Below, piece after piece: positions 63,781 through 64,000 of a stretch of DNA of 64,000 bases (position 1 is the stretch's first letter; every line of letters begins with the position of its first letter). A program made the translations under genes and the position numbers. The notes below the pieces were generated by a model. The model ran no database searches. It was not told the DNA's origin and worked only from the letters and a program-made list of their open reading frames with translations. The DNA is from Paragordius varius (taxonomy: Eukaryota; Animalia; Nematomorpha), in assembly GCA_964247055.1 (NCBI GenBank), contig OZ176053.1, positions 1,426,001 through 1,490,000 of the forward strand, written 5' to 3'.

Positions 63781-64000
63781 GTTAGATTTTTTGATAATTC
63801 TAGAGCTTTTTTTACCTCAGATAAGATTGAATTATTTAATAATTCAATAACTAATTTTTTTGAATGATGCGTTCAACCGAGGACCTTATTAAGGATATCA
63901 AATATGCATCTAATTATTTAGACCAGGGGTTTCCAAGCACAAATGGCTTTGCGGCCTTTAATTTTGACTAAAAAAACTGGTGGGCTTATTTACAATATTT

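Noticed and set aside
1-64000. Non-standard genetic code or stop-codon reassignment
   Set aside because: All intact gene models translate with the standard code and end at TAA or TGA; in-frame stops occur only in transposon or other decayed relics.

Overview
Very AT-rich, intron-containing animal genomic DNA (species not identifiable from sequence alone). Hand-spliced gene models, all with GT-AG introns and consistent phases: an orphan class A GPCR (+, 2754-9273, 3 exons); three or four orphan signal-peptide genes (10751-11755 -, 13723-14897 -, 16500-16658 -, 21461-24752 +); a zDHHC1/11-like palmitoyltransferase missed by the ORF track (+, 17406-20669); a dithiol glutaredoxin (+, 26982-29038) with a 28-nt intron; a complete 31-exon laminin beta chain (-, 30189-55305, about 2145 aa); and the 5' part of a PKA type II regulatory subunit (+, 60068 to beyond the window end). 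Introns and intergenic DNA carry decayed hAT and Mos1-like mariner elements and several MITE families. Most striking: two laminin introns are largely built from tandem copies of their own splice sites. One array has 7 extra 3' splice sites, each followed by C-[EK]-[PQ]-R-F and an early stop; the other has 3 extra 5' splice sites including an open in-frame 48-nt cassette. Laminin beta also has a ~195-aa low-complexity insertion inside one LE domain, and the PKA-RII cAMP pocket has a PKG-type Thr. No RNA genes or CRISPR arrays were seen. All coordinates were counted by hand; repeat ends are approximate.
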